From Octopus sinensis (taxonomy: Eukaryota): a stretch of DNA of 64,000 bases. This document shows, in pieces, positions 27,501-40,949 of the stretch; position 1 is the first letter of the stretch; every line of letters begins with the position of its first letter. The notes under the pieces were generated by a model that did not search any database, had not been told where the DNA came from, and saw only the letters and a list, made by a program, of their open reading frames with translations. Position numbers and translations under genes: made by a program. The stretch spans positions 62,001 to 126,000 of the forward strand of contig NW_021831287.1 in the NCBI RefSeq assembly GCF_006345805.1, given 5' to 3'.

Positions 27501-29313
27501 CGAACTCATTCACAGAGAGTGCACTCACTGCCTCCCCGGGTGGTCTATCTGTTTGTGTGGAGGACAACCTTCCATCACACTTGTATAAATAGATCATCCC
27601 ACAACTCGTCTCCACCAGTAGGTTAGTCCTCACTTTACTCATCTTTGTCGGCCTTCCCCTCATGCTTACACACTCACTACTCCCTTTTCGGTGTCCCTGG
27701 GGTTTAATCCACTGATAGCAGTCACCTTCAAGTCCAGGATGACCACTGATTTCCCCTCAATGTAATAAATGTGGTCTTTTATAAGACAAATGTGGTCTGC
27801 CAGGCAGTCGAGCATGTCTACATAGTGAGCATCACCATTTTCGATTTTAAGAATGATTATTTTATATCCATTCCAACAGATTAAATAGTTCTGGGTGATT
27901 TATTATTTTAGTGTGGCTAACCTCACTCATCGACATTCCAATGGCGGTAAAATTCATCTCAATGAAAAATGATTGATCTTTGTTGGTGAAAAAGTACTTT
28001 TGTGAGTCAGTCTGGACTATCATCGCCTCTCCGTCCTTATCCAACATTATGCCCTGTTTTTTGAGAATAGTACACGTAGAAGAAGATGTAATAAACAGAC
28101 CATCACTGCCCCACTACACCCATTACTATTATTTATTACTTTAATAAATTTAAAATCACCCCCGATTGTGGTGGTGTATTTTATTTGGTGTCCCAGTCGT
28201 GGTTCTGTGCTCAACCTGAATATAAACACACGACCCTCCGTCGTACACACACCCAAATACCCTTAAATTCAACCACCAATTAATACTTTTTTGGCGGGAA
28301 AATTCCATTGCTTTAATATGGAAATTTCCAGAACATTCTTGTTGTAGATCAATGACATAGTTGTCCTCCATTTGCAAGTCGCAGATTCTGAGGGACTAAT
28401 AAGGCAGGACTGACCGAATTAGGTTGTTTCCATCAGAAATGCCCACAAATCTGCTCTCAGCCAGAAAGAGGCAGGGATTGTCCACATTCCCACTCAGTTT
28501 GAGCTGTCCTGTTTATGTGGAGACAACCTTTCTGGTTTCGACAAACGGAGTCTTGTCAGTGTGCCAGTGGATGAGAAGGGACCTCGTAATGCTGATGAGC
28601 ACTTGCTGTCCTTCCAAGTGGTAGAGACCGATTACGTAATCATTGACTTCAAAGCACTTCCGGAAACCACGGAATTCCGTGATTGAGTTGATGTGGCCTT
28701 TTTTGAGACTTTAAGGATACCATTTTCGAGAGCAATGAAGAGGGAAGGGTCAGTGGTCTGGGAAGAGGAGGGGACTCGGAGTGCCAAGAGCATTGGCTTG
28801 GAGTCGAATTTGTAGGAATCACGAAGAAGGGGACCGTCCTCTTGCCCACATTGACATATATGAACATAAAAATCCTAACATTTTATTTAATTAATATAAA
28901 TTAATAATTAAATAATTTGTATTAAATTAATATATACTTTTGTAAAAATAACGATATTATTTCCATCAAAATAAATTTGTTCTGGCCTGGACTCGAGAGT
29001 GACTTTCTGTCCGACAAGCAGTACCTCTTGGTCACTGACGTTGTACAGTCCCACTGAAAAGTCATCCGAGACGAGGATTATTTTTGAGTTTTGAGGACAC
29101 CAAGAAGCCAGAACACAACTGGCACTGTCATTTATTACAATTTCTTGTCCAAAATTGCCCTACAATGGTATTTGATGAGACTTGATTGTTCGACAGACGC
29201 ACTGAGAAAGAATTAGGAGTGTTGGATATTATCGCCGTCTGTCGGAGGTTTGGGTGTGGTAAAATTAGTTGTTGTTTCCCAAGTGGTAACTCCTGAGTGA
29301 TGTAGGTAGACAT
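24582..29313 (-). CDS. IFT140: Intraflagellar transport protein 140
   Basis: Start MSTYITQELPL..SWCPQNSKIILV aligns with the IFT140 N-terminal WD40. VWKKMAKLCVKYRKIKLCLTCL, YIMAGNYLQSLNW and CAQLEIDEYRDYNKA are IFT140 TPR blocks. Two longer AT-rich introns: 28875-28937 and 25662-25763. Confidence 0.93.
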
Positions 29314-29523
29314 TTAAATTTGTGTTGCTTAGATATTCTTTTATTCAAAACTGGTTAGCATTCATAAAATGAAATTTTTAATACGAAATTAATAATTATT
29401 ATATAATTCCTTTTTCTGATTACAATTTTATTTTTTAAAATACAAGTAAAATGATTAATAAAAGTTCACTGAAATTCGATACTCAGGAATGAAAACTAAT
29501 TTTCGAATGAGTCAAATTTATTC

Positions 29524-32500
29524 TTATTTGTTACATGAGCCGAATTCTGAACATATTTGCATAATATAAACCACATCCGACGACTTCACATTCGAGGCTC
29601 TCCTCAAATAATTAATGGGGACGTACCCCACCACTTGCTTGGACTCGGCCAGGCAAAATCCGTACTGATTTGGAGAGCCTTTGACGACCACGACTTGTCC
29701 CCTTTTCATTTGAAGTTGTTTGCCCTGCCAATGACTCAATCCACCCACCATGTTGGCCGTGACGTTGATTGCGGAGACTGGATCATAATCCAGAATGGCC
29801 ACATAGTGGTTGTCACTGCTGGGAGTCAGGCTGCTTTTCCCCCCCTTTTTAGTCTGGATTTGCTTTATTTTTTCGATATCTGTGATCTCCTGCACGACAT
29901 TGCTCGGGACATAGCCAAAGCGACCGCGACACTCCCCCTGATAGAACCCATCTGAGTCAATTTCCCCATAAACCTATCAAATACACTCAAAAACTCCACT
30001 TTGATAACATCATCCTTCATAAATGCTATTTCCTCGTCAATTATGTCCTGATTGGGGGACATTTTGTGGGGGTCGTAGGTGTAGAGGGCCAGAAAATACC
30101 GAATCTGGAAATCATTTGGCGAATCACCTTAATTTTGTTTTGTTGGGTCGCCAGATTCTCCGAATACTCAGAAAAGTCACTCAAAAACTGATTTCCTCTG
30201 CCCTTTATGTCTGAATCTGAAGTCTCCACTATTCTGGGCTGCTTTATCATAGGCACAGCAGTCTGCTTAGTTTTTAAAAGCTTTGTGTCTTCCTTAAGAA
30301 CACTCTCCTCTGTGGATTCAGAGATCTACAATATGTCGGATGGAGACCTGGAAAACATCCCAAATAAGTTTTTTGGTGACTTCGAATGGTTCACTGTCGG
30401 CAGTTTCTGTTCCGTCGTAACTCATAGTCCGGATGGTGGCTTTCCTGGCCATTCCCTTCCTCAAACAGCAGGCAGGAAGAATAACATAATCGCCTGTAAT
30501 AAACCACTCTCTCACATCACTTTTTGGTCCCGATATTTTTTTGACCAATTCTCCGTCGACGTAGAAGGCGTACCCCTTTGGTCCACACACCGAGTCTTTT
30601 TCGGGGGGAGGTCGCCAACTCACGAGGAGACTGCCCAACTGGGGACCCGGCTCAATCACCAAGCCCGTGGGAATGTTAAAAGCACCAGGAATAACAGAAA
30701 TATCAAACATGGCTCAGTCGTGCGGAATAACGTTGTTTCTGAGTCGCTGGTGATTCGCTGCTTTTTCTGGGAGTCGATAAACACGGCGGTCAGTCTGAGT
30801 TTGTACTCTGTGAGGGGATGGAGGTGGGAAATAGTAGCCCGGACTATCCCCGACTTGACGAAGCCATGTCCGAATCGTCAATATACACAATGTGATGACA
30901 GTTGCTGTTCCCCGGTAGCCAACTCACCGTCACCGAATACCCCGTCACATGTTCTACTCGCACATTGGAGGGGGAGGAGGATGCCCCTGCAATGTGTGTA
31001 GGAAGTCAACCTCGGCCAATCAGGAGAGTGCACTGAGCAGGGTCGGACTGAGTGTACAAGTCCATTCTGTTCACTACGCTTATTCTCGATAACTAAAAGT
31101 GGAGTCACAATCCAACCTCCTCGTACTCAATGTCCTCCAAAATGTGCTTTGGCTTGTTGGTTCCTGAGATTGATGCCATTTTTATGCCATTGAAATAAAT
31201 GTCGAAGAATTGGTTGTCGTTGGGGGATTTTAGTGAGGGTGGAGACGTCCAGGATATGAGCAGTCCTTTGTTGAATTCTCTCTCCACTTTTAATTTCATT
31301 GGTGGTAGGACGACCCCACGTGACACATCCCTCTCCACAACACTACTTTGTTGAGTCTATACATTCATCACCAACCACTACCTCACTGCCCTCTCTTCTC
31401 CTTTCTCTCAAATCTGCTTATTACCACAAAACTAAAACCACATTCGTCTGTTTGAGTCTGTCCAGTGGTCGTGTGGATCTCAGTTTGTGTAGTCCCCACA
31501 TAACACGTCCGTCTGACCACCTCCCTTTGGAGAGACAAGTCTCCTTTATTACTGTTCATTTGTTCCTCTAACGAATTTATTTTGGCCTCAAAATTCTGAA
31601 TTTGTTGACGTGAAATTACTATTTTTTGACTGTCCAAATGTGAGTTCAATTCTTTGATTGAAATTATTTTTTGCCTCAATTCATTCTGAAGGGCACGGTT
31701 CTCCTCCTTCAATTCCTCAATGATCTGCCCTTCAGTCACAAACTATACTTTATCGTCTCTCTTGTTTACAATCTGGGGAACTCGGAGTGAACTGTCGGCA
31801 CATTCTTTACTCAGTCGTTCGTTCTCTTCCTTGACCTGCCAATACTCCAAAAGACACACCAATTGTATCCGCTTCTCTAAATGCTCAATCTTGGACTTTT
31901 GCTGAGTAGTCAGCACTTTTAGTTCGTTATTGTTTTTAGTCAGACGCTCATTTTCCCGTGTCTGTGAAATGTCACGACAAACTACATTTTCAGCCACTTG
32001 ATTTGCGAGATGTGTAAATCTGCTTAACTCAGCTCTGAGGGCTGCATTGGTCTCGTCCAGTGCCCTCGTCCGGTCCCTTTCCAAGTCGTACTGAGCCTTC
32101 ATTCGGTGGTTCTCTCGTTGCATATAAGCAATCTATGGACACATTATGCCTCCGAACTAATACACCAGCACTACTGCCCTATAAACCTCTCTTATGCGTA
32201 TTATTAAATGTGTTATTGTTTAAATTGATTAGCAATATCGCGCTAGTCGATAATGCGTGCTTAGTCCCTCGGGCATACCGTGTTGTGCTTACTCTCAATT
32301 TCCTCAGTCAGCAGAGTTATCTTTGTCAGGTTTTCTGCCAGTTCTTGTCGTAGGAATTTCTCCACATCATTTTTGGAATTCCGAAAAAACGAAATGCCAC
32401 CGAGTCTCTAAGGATTTGTTCATTCTATATATACAAATACCTTACATCCATACATTGCAGTCTCAGATGTTCTATCACCTTTTCCTGCTGGTCTCTTTTT

Positions 32501-32649
32501 CTTTCGCTCTGTTTATATTTCTCACTCAAAATGTCGAGTTGTCGCGTTTTTACCAACAGTTTTTTCTCCTATTGGATTCTACAATTTGTACTCACTAAAA
32601 TCCTTATTTTTGTGCTCTGGTTATCTTTTGAGGGCTCTATATTGTCCAT
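29524..32649 (-). CDS. RIMBP2: RIMS-binding protein-like (coiled coil, FN3 repeats, two SH3)
   Basis: SH3 FLALYTYDPHKMSPNQD..EEIAF..K|VYGKIDSDGFYQGECRGRFGYVPSNVV, terminal SH3 YVAILDYDP..GYVPINY, and FN3 starts PPMKLKVE..LLISW and PTGLVIEPGPQLGSLLVSWRPP. The 5' end is approximate and could extend toward 32940. Confidence 0.88.
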
Positions 32650-33067
32650 TTTGTAGTCCGATTAAGCACAGCCAATTAAACCCGAATTGAGCACATTTTG
32701 CTTTAAAAAGCACTCACACTTGCAATCAATGTACACATTTTGCCATCTGTGCCTCCTTCTCCGATCAATATGGCAATCAATTATTCAATTAACACTTGAA
32801 ATGGGCAACTTAATTGTGTTGTTCGACATTAAGTTCGATTTTCATCACTCTTTGTTGGACACTCGTCATGGATCGATGACAAATTGGAGGATTATCATTT
32901 ATTCTGATCGTCTCCCACATGTCAAATATAAGAGGACGCCATAATTGGAGAGGGACCTTCAGACTTGAAAAATTAATTTATTTTAATTCTTATCTTATGA
33001 ATTTAATTCTGATTTAAAACTTCAAATTAATCTGATTAAACGCGAAATTTTTCTTCAACTTCTACTC

Positions 33068-34000
33068 CAGCAGTTCTCAATCGTGGTCCCCAGGAATTTT
33101 GAAAAAATTAAAATATATTATATTTTAAAGTAATTGTGTAATTAAGTATAAATAAAAAACATTGAAATTAACGTGATTTATTTTCAAGGTTTATCATTCT
33201 AGTTATTGTTAACAAGAATCGTCGTCTTTGGTCAGATTCTTAAGTTCAATTTGGATTTACTAAATTCATTGCCTGAAATAATGAAATAAATGCATGATTT
33301 GCCATATAATTGTGGGAAACAATTCACTGAAACCTTCTCAACTTAGGCGGCACAAAGAGTCTGTACACTCAGAAAATTGTTGCTCACATGAATATCTTAA
33401 ACTCAAAAAAACTAAATTTGATTCACAGCTGAATGGTTTAATAAATCCAAAGATAAACCGAGATTAGAAGCATCCTAAGCGTTAATTTTAATTTGTATCT
33501 AAAAATAGGTCTCAAAGATTATTGCAAAAAAACAAAACTGTACACAATTCTGGGGAAAAGTCAATTAAATCAGCGGCTTTTGAAATGGGTCGAATTTTAT
33601 TTGGTCCAGATGCAGTTAAGGACATACCGTTATTCAACGATTCAATTTCCCATAGAATTTCAGAATTGTCATGTGATATCCTGGAGCAATTAATTAAACG
33701 AATTATTAAAAGTATTAGATAAGCATCCAATTGGAGGAGTCAATTGACATTTCTAACGTCTGTCAGCCTGTCTTCTTTGTTGATGATGTGAATATCATTG
33801 ATGAGTTTTTATTTTGTTTGGAGAGAGTACATTTTTAATATTTTTGACAATTTTATGAAGACGAATAAAATCCAATGGGACAAAGTTGGGAACATTAAGA
33901 TAAACTCTCAACATTGTTTAACAATATGCTTGAAAGAAATGACTTTTCAGAGCTTGGAAGAGGATACCTGTGACAGTCGAGAACGAAAATAAGTTATCTG
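33068..34000 (+). mobile_element. Degenerate hAT (Buster/Charlie-like) DNA transposon
   Basis: hAT-like end CAGCAGTTCTCAA at 33068. Remnants CMICHIIVGNNSLKPSQLRRH, HNSGEKSIK..PLFNDSISHRISEL and IQLEESIDISN..DEFLFC match ZBED5/Buster transposases. Many stops; right end not found. Confidence 0.8.
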
Positions 34001-35803
34001 GACCGCTAGAGAACTTAAATTTGTTATTTTAAAAAATAAACTACTGAAGATTCTTGCACTAATCATTGGATCGGATTTGAGAACTTTTAAATCGATATTT
34101 ATTGAAAAGCAGGAGAGCCTTTAGAACTGGGAGATCAAAAACTGATTTACTAAATGATTACTGTGCTATTTGTAAGAAAATAGTTATCTAACGTATAATC
34201 GACACATCAATGAGTAGTTTCCGTCAAATGCATAAATGCAACAACTCCATTCAGTGACACGTAAAATATTACATCCTCAGAGCAGTAAATGGATGTAACC
34301 TTTGAATCGTAGGCATTCGTTATATTATGGAAATATACTAAGTGAAGGCGTGTAATATGGAGATTTCTTTCTTTTTTTCTGTAATCGAAATAACAAAATC
34401 ACCGAAACCATCAGAATATATACCTAGTTTGGATTAATACGTGCACTCTATTCCTTGCTCCTTGCCCAAGTCCCATTTCATTAATGAACGCAACTGGGTG
34501 TTTATATTGACTGGTACTCAGATGAGAGGTAATGTCTTTCTCGTTTGTGGATGTTGTTTCTTTTTAATTTTCCATATTTCAATTAATCTCAAAATGCTGA
34601 CAATAAAAACTAAAAACCGTTTCAAATAAAAAGCTGTTACCCCACGACCTTATTGTCATTTCAAACATAGAGGATCTTGCTATTATCATTTCGATACATG
34701 AAATCTCTACAAAGCCAAGGGTGGTTTCATTGAACTATACTGATAATTTCTTACTTACTTAACGAATTTTCTATGATTTTTAGTTTAACAAAAAATTTTA
34801 ATGAGAACTTATATGAACTTTCTTGAAAACTGAAAAAAAATGACTTGAAAGGCAATAAACTTACAAATTTTTAATGATTAAAATACCTAGCCTAAGGCTC
34901 ATTCTTTATTTTAACTCTAGTTCTATTGCAAAGCTATATGAACTTCAAGTCAAATATCAGATCTACAACAAAATTTTAGAAAAAAAGCTGCTGTTTTCTT
35001 TGACATTTGATCCATATTTTTCGATTTTATGAAAATAAATCCATTTTCATTTATACTCACAACAAAATAAGCACGCGTGTTAATGTGTTTATTTAATTTT
35101 CGTTTTGATGTTTTAGTACTTTGACTCGTATGAAGACTGTGTGAAACTTTAACATCTGAAATAAACAAACGAATGTCATCTTTCCACCTGCGCTTTCAAA
35201 CCGTGTGCTCTTCCATTACGTCAGAATTCTGAATAGCCTCTATTCTACTATGATTCCTTATATCTAAATATGTCATTTATTTCTTATTTTATTAAATTTT
35301 ACTAGTTATTTTCCGCTTCATTAGTTGCTAAAATACCATTATTACCACATTCTCCTAACTGAATTCTTCGTTTATTGAAGAAGCGTATAGAGAAATAGAT
35401 ATGATTTAGCCTGTGTACAATCAAAGATTCAACCATATAAAAAATCACAATTCAATGTTTTAAGTCTGTATATACGCATTTAAATCGATTTGTAAAATTT
35501 TCAAAAAATCGATTTTTTGAATAAAAAGCTAATTTCTATAATATTAATTTTACTTACAATCACGATTATTAAAGTTCCAACAAAGCGCTTAAAATTGAAG
35601 TTGACGTCGAAAGATGTTAATTTAAAAGGCACTTGGCAATTGATTATGGATCATGAATAACGTCGACCTATGTACTATTTAGTTAGAAAAGTCAAAAAAA
35701 TAAGTCAATTACCAAAGTAATTAATTATGGTTAGCCCAATGAATGAAGGGCGTGTTCATCCATTAAACTGACTATAAAAATGTGAGCAACGCCTAATTGT
35801 CAA

Positions 35804-37011
35804 ATGTCGAAAAGCATCGTGTCTCATGGACCCATGGACCTACGAATTGTATTTTATAATTTTTTAATCCACAAAGGATACGCTTGAAATACCTCAAGTC
35901 CAAGACGACGGTAGATTTGGCAGCTCTGAGTCATAACTAGACGTCCTAATAAATATAAAATCAGTGGGCGTGTGTGGGACGGACATCACAATTTGGAAGA
36001 ACGGAGGACTCGGGGGAGTCAGGAACGTTCGACCTCTCCGCATTGGTCACGAGCCGGCCGGGATTGTTGAGAAGGTTGGCTGCAATGTCAGAAACGTCAA
36101 GCCAGGTGAGTGTTATGGAATATAAAAGGCGACCGAGTGTGCATAGAACCACTCATTGCCTGCGGGGAATGTCGCTTCTGTAAACTGGGACGTGGGAATT
36201 GCTGTTCCAATCAGGGATATTTGGGGGTCCACGACACGGACGGGGCACTGACACAGTACCACACACAGCGAGCCGACTGTTGCTACATGTATGGTTTTCC
36301 AATGAGACCTCAGCCTCCCCGATTCCTTGTCCTTCGACGAGGGAGCGATGGTTCAGCCTCTTTCGATAGCCGTCGGAATTTGCAAACGAGCGGGAATTTC
36401 ATTTGCACAAAAAGTGGTGATTGGTGGGACAGGAGTCATCGGGACATTGTGTATGATGGTTGCCCGGGCCTGTGGGGTTTCGAGGATTTGTGTCACTGGT
36501 TTGGGACTGTGTCATTCATGTAGATATTCTTGAGGATCGAGTCAACTTTGCACTCAAAAAAGGAGCCGATTGTGGCGTGGTTGTCAAAGAAGAGGACAGT
36601 CCAGCAGAAATTACTCAGAAAATAGTTGCCGAATTGGGGGGCATGGCTGACGTGTCTTTGGACTGTTGTGGGGTCTCTTCCAACATTGAGAGCATTCTGC
36701 AGGTAGGACTCAAATGGTTATGACAGGCCACTTTGCCTGGAGGAGTTCTGACGTTGGTGGGGATCTCGACTGGGATTTTATCTGCCAAAAATGTTGTCTT
36801 CAAAAACCTCGACGTTCGGGGATTTTATAAAACATTCAACTGGTAATGTTTTGTGAGGATTGCAAGCTATCCTGAGGCTATTGATCTTATCGAACAGAGA
36901 AAAGTCGACGCAGCTTCAATCATTTCTCACAGAATCCCCTTCGAAGAATATCAGACTGCATTCGACAACATGGTCTCGGGAATAGGAATGAAAAACATAA
37001 TCTACTTTTAA
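35804..37011 (+). CDS. Sorbitol-dehydrogenase-like Zn-dependent MDR
   Basis: VGVCGTD, IGHEPAG, GDRVCIEP, CGECRFCKLGRGNCC, GTGVIG and YPEAIDLI; micro-introns 23-30 nt. Confidence 0.88.
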
Positions 37012-37369
37012 TTGATTAACTATTTCGGATTTGTTAAATTAACCAATTCCCTTGTTATGAACACTTTTATTCCACGGGCATATTTTTTATCTAACGTAAA
37101 TTAAGTATTAATACTTTTCAAAATTATAATAATAATCGGTGAAAAGCCTGTATCTATGAGTCTTATCTGCTCAATTTCAAGAATAATGGAGAAAAATCGT
37201 GTTCAGAAGATTATTTACTCAGAAGATTATTCACTCAGGCTTTTCAAATTAGTTTCGAGAATCAAAATCTGGTCTTTATTTGGCATCGAAAAAATACAGT
37301 TACACACATATCGAAGAAAATAAGTGAGACAAAGAGTGATAGTCTAACATCGGAGTTTGTTCAGACTCA

Positions 37370-37540
37370 GAGTGTCCATTATTTGGATGGTTTTTGACAA
37401 CGATAATGCATATTAAAGAAAAAGAGAATTCTGAAGAGTTTGATTTGAATGCCGATACGCTTGTTTATATCTGAAAGAGTATGTTTGTACCAGGACTTTT
37501 ATATGGATGTGAAAATTATGTTCTCCGACGAAAAACAACG
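37370..37540 (+). mobile_element. Possible highly degraded LINE RT thumb fragment
   Basis: KSMFVPGLLYGCENY resembles KxxxxPxLLYGCExW; WMVFDND lies upstream. Confidence 0.35.
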
Positions 37541-37746
37541 GATTAGTCACATTTTTACTGAGTCGTAGGACAGAGAATAAAGACTTTCAACAATAACAGA
37601 TAATTTGGGGTTTTTGGAAACCGTCAACAATGCGAAGAGGCTTTTTAAGACTCATAAAAAGACTGTGTCCTTATCACATAACTTTTCTTGTTCTTTTGGT
37701 TTTACGTTAAATAAAAACATTGATTCATAATAATATATCTGTTTCT

Positions 37747-38541
37747 ATGAGAACGTTGGTTTCAGACTTGATGAAACGAAAAGATAAAATGGACAAATGT
37801 CTTGATAACATAAACATATCAGTGGTTGAACTACAAGACGACTTGGTACGGATTTGCAAAGAATATTACCCGAAGGACAACCATGAGGGACAGTGCTCTG
37901 AGGCAGAACCCAAAGACTCGATTATAGTTCATTTGCTCCCATACATACAGGAATGTGTTAAAAGTTTTGAGAAGGCCCGGAATCTGCTTAAAAAACACAA
38001 AATCTCAATGCCGGATATCAACAACCAACGTGACCTTCGAGTTGTCATCAAATTAATCAAGTCACTCAACGTAAAGACCAAACTGATAAGGTTTCTGACG
38101 ACAATGTACATCAACACCAAGTCAACCACCAAAAAGATCAGGAAAGTGTTGGGACAAATCACAGAACTCGTGTTTGACCGCCTTGTTCAGTTCGACCGTC
38201 CTAACAACCTTTCTTATTTCAAAAATGTCAACAAACTAACTTCTGAAACCCTCTGTTCAGTCGACGTGGAGCACATTAAAATCAGGAAAGCCATCGAGGG
38301 CACTCTGGAAGGGTCTCCAAGGGCAGAAGAGCCCCTCAAATTTGTTAAAGTGTCGGCGGAGTTGACTAAATCCTCAAAACTGGCCATCATTCGCTTCATT
38401 CCAGAACTCGTAGACGAACTGTTCGAATTGTTCTTGTTGGCCGCCAGGTGGGTGTCTCTGGAAAAAGAGTCCGTCAACAAAATATATGGCCAATTAGAAA
38501 AGGTGGTGGACATGTTAATAGTTTTAGTCTGTTCAGAATGA
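37747..38541 (+). CDS. Hypothetical intronless ~264-aa helical protein (orphan)
   Basis: Uninterrupted 795-nt ORF from ATG in AT-rich flanks; no recognisable motif. Confidence 0.6.
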   Translation: MRTLVSDLMKRKDKMDKCLDNINISVVELQDDLVRICKEYYPKDNHEGQCSEAEPKDSIIVHLLPYIQECVKSFEKARNLLKKHKISMPDINNQRDLRVVIKLIKSLNVKTKLIRFLTTMYINTKSTTKKIRKVLGQITELVFDRLVQFDRPNNLSYFKNVNKLTSETLCSVDVEHIKIRKAIEGTLEGSPRAEEPLKFVKVSAELTKSSKLAIIRFIPELVDELFELFLLAARWVSLEKESVNKIYGQLEKVVDMLIVLVCSE

Positions 38542-39068
38542 AAGTCACAAATGTTTTATAAACGGAAATGGGCGTTCTTTACTTCATTTTTTTGTTCTTA
38601 AAACGTCAGTCGAGAATGTCCAAAATTTGTGCGGAAAATCTGTTTTGTATGTGTCTCCGTCCCTTGTGAGTAAAAGTGCAGTTCTCTATGATCGTTCGCT
38701 CACAAAATAACCTCAAACATATTTTCAAAAAAACCCCAATGACGTCTATAATAAAATGTTGCAAATTTGTATGTAAAGTAACTTTTGTCGTATTAAAAGA
38801 CTGCTAAGAAAGTAAACCTTAGATGTATCTTTTGAGCTATGTTTTCTTTTACTCGATTATAATGTGTTATGATAGATAGTACAGCGTGTTTTTATAAGTT
38901 TTGTCATCTTTCATTGACTAGATGAAAAATGTACTTTGAAAGTTGTGGAAGTAAAGGTTGCCCATGCAATAGTGATCTTGCTTAATCGCTTGAAAACTCG
39001 ATATTTATGACGCCCAAAGTTAATTATCCAAGAATATATAATCTCACAATGCCGAATGAACTGACGGA

Positions 39069-40149
39069 ATGGAAAAGAATATAAAATCAAATATTACCCA
39101 TCCAATTTACCAATTTAATGCCTCCAAACAAGACAGAAATCAAGATAAGTATAACCGTGGCAGTTGTCGCGACTACACGTCCCAGTTACAGAAACAGTAC
39201 AATCTCCTATTGAAGAAACATGCCCTCGCAGAGTGCACAATTGGTACAACCCATCATTCAGTCGCCCAGATTCTCTAAGAATTTCAAATTTGATGCAAAA
39301 AAACGTTTCAGAACCAACAAAAAAACACTTCACCTCTTCATTATATTTAAACAAAACGGATGTGCTCGAATCCGAGGACTTTATTCCCCGAGTACTGCAA
39401 GATCTCGACGAACTACAAAGAAAAGTAAAAAAGTGAAAATATTTTTCAGATCGACAAAAATATTGATTTATTAGAATCCGGGGCTTATCAAAATAGTAGA
39501 GAAGCGCGACATCACATTTCAAAAATTCAAAAAGAATTTGACTTTATAAATAGTCAGTATTTGGAGGCCAAAAAGTCAAGACGACTAGTCTTTGCTACAA
39601 AAAACGTGGACAAAAAAGTGTTCGAAACCTCCACCAAACTCGAAAATATATTTGAACTGGTATTTATTGACGATCAATGGAAGGTCAATACATACGACGA
39701 AACACGACACAAATCAACCTTCCGACTTACCCAAAACACACTCAAAGTACTAATCAAGTACCAAATAGAAGGATTCTCCAGAAGAAAACCTCCAAAGATG
39801 GAATGACCATCATAGGAAAGCGTTCAGACTAAAGCGATCAGATATAAAACGGTAGCGTGATCTAAATTGATGTCAGTATGTCTTCCAATCAGGAATTGGA
39901 GGTTCAGGACAGCGGGCTTTCTTCAATTATGGAGCCTCCCAGCACCGATTATATGGAATCTCCCATTTTTGAACAATCGTCGAATGTTTAGAGTGGACAT
40001 TCAATTTATTTTAGACTAACAGCAAGAAAATCGGTCACTTGTTGAACGAGTTGGTGTTCCAGTCGAGATCACTGGAAAATTTGTCCTTTCGACTGAATAA
40101 CAAAATAATGACCAAATTTGGAAAAGGAAAGAAATTTAGCTGGAAATAA
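39069..40149 (+). CDS. Hypothetical multi-exon protein (orphan)
   Basis: ORF fragments join through GT-AG introns of 22-29 nt (e.g. gtaaaaaagtgaaaatatttttcag, gtactaatcaagtaccaaatag, gtagcgtgatctaaattgatgtcag) ending KKFSWK*. The 5' part is uncertain. Confidence 0.5.
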
Positions 40150-40949
40150 ATTAATTACAATTTTAAGTCATCTTTATTGTTTTTCCACTAAGAAAATTGA
40201 CTCCACAACCCAAAGTGAGTTTTAACCGACAGTGACCTGTGTATTACAGTTGTGTGGTTAATCACTCTAATCAGGCTGAAAATATATTTTTCAGCAGCAA
40301 AAATAATGTTGGAATTCCAGCGTTTAGATTTGATAGTACTGAACTCATTAAACTAACACGAGAACTCAAAATAAGCATTTCAGTAAGAATATAATCAATG
40401 AATTACAAAGTGACTTCATTTTTAGTGTCCATCAAATTAATGCCTATTTTGGAATCCTTATGAATATGCTGGTAGTTTTCAACAGGACAATTTGAGTGTA
40501 ATTAAGCATCCTTTAACCCAGGATTACATAATGTTACTACGTATTCAGCAACTAAATAAAGAACTAGTAAATTTAAAAAGCTTAGATTAGGCCATCGTTT
40601 TGGACATGCAGTATTCCACAGTAAAAATAGACTTTATTGTTCTCTGATTTATGGTGCCAATAATTTTGTTTAATTCACGACAAGAAATTTAGATTAAAAA
40701 ACACAGAAATCCTATTTTTGTAGACTTGAATTGCTAATAAATTTAAGACAGATATGGTCACTTGCACAGAAAGTTGTTACAACATGTTTTGAAAGAATTT
40801 CCCAATGTTTATTGTTTCTTTATAAAGATATCTCCGACATCAACATGGAGGCCGGGATGTGAGATCTGGCTAGTTTGTTTGTTTTATCACCATAAAAATC
40901 TTATTTATTTATTTTTAAATAAATGTTTTTAAATTTATTAAATAGTATA

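Noticed and set aside
28649-28867. ORF MFIYVNVGKR as the IFT140 start, with a separate WD40 mini-gene upstream
   Set aside because: A 63-nt intron joins the 29313 exons to a different frame that aligns with IFT140.
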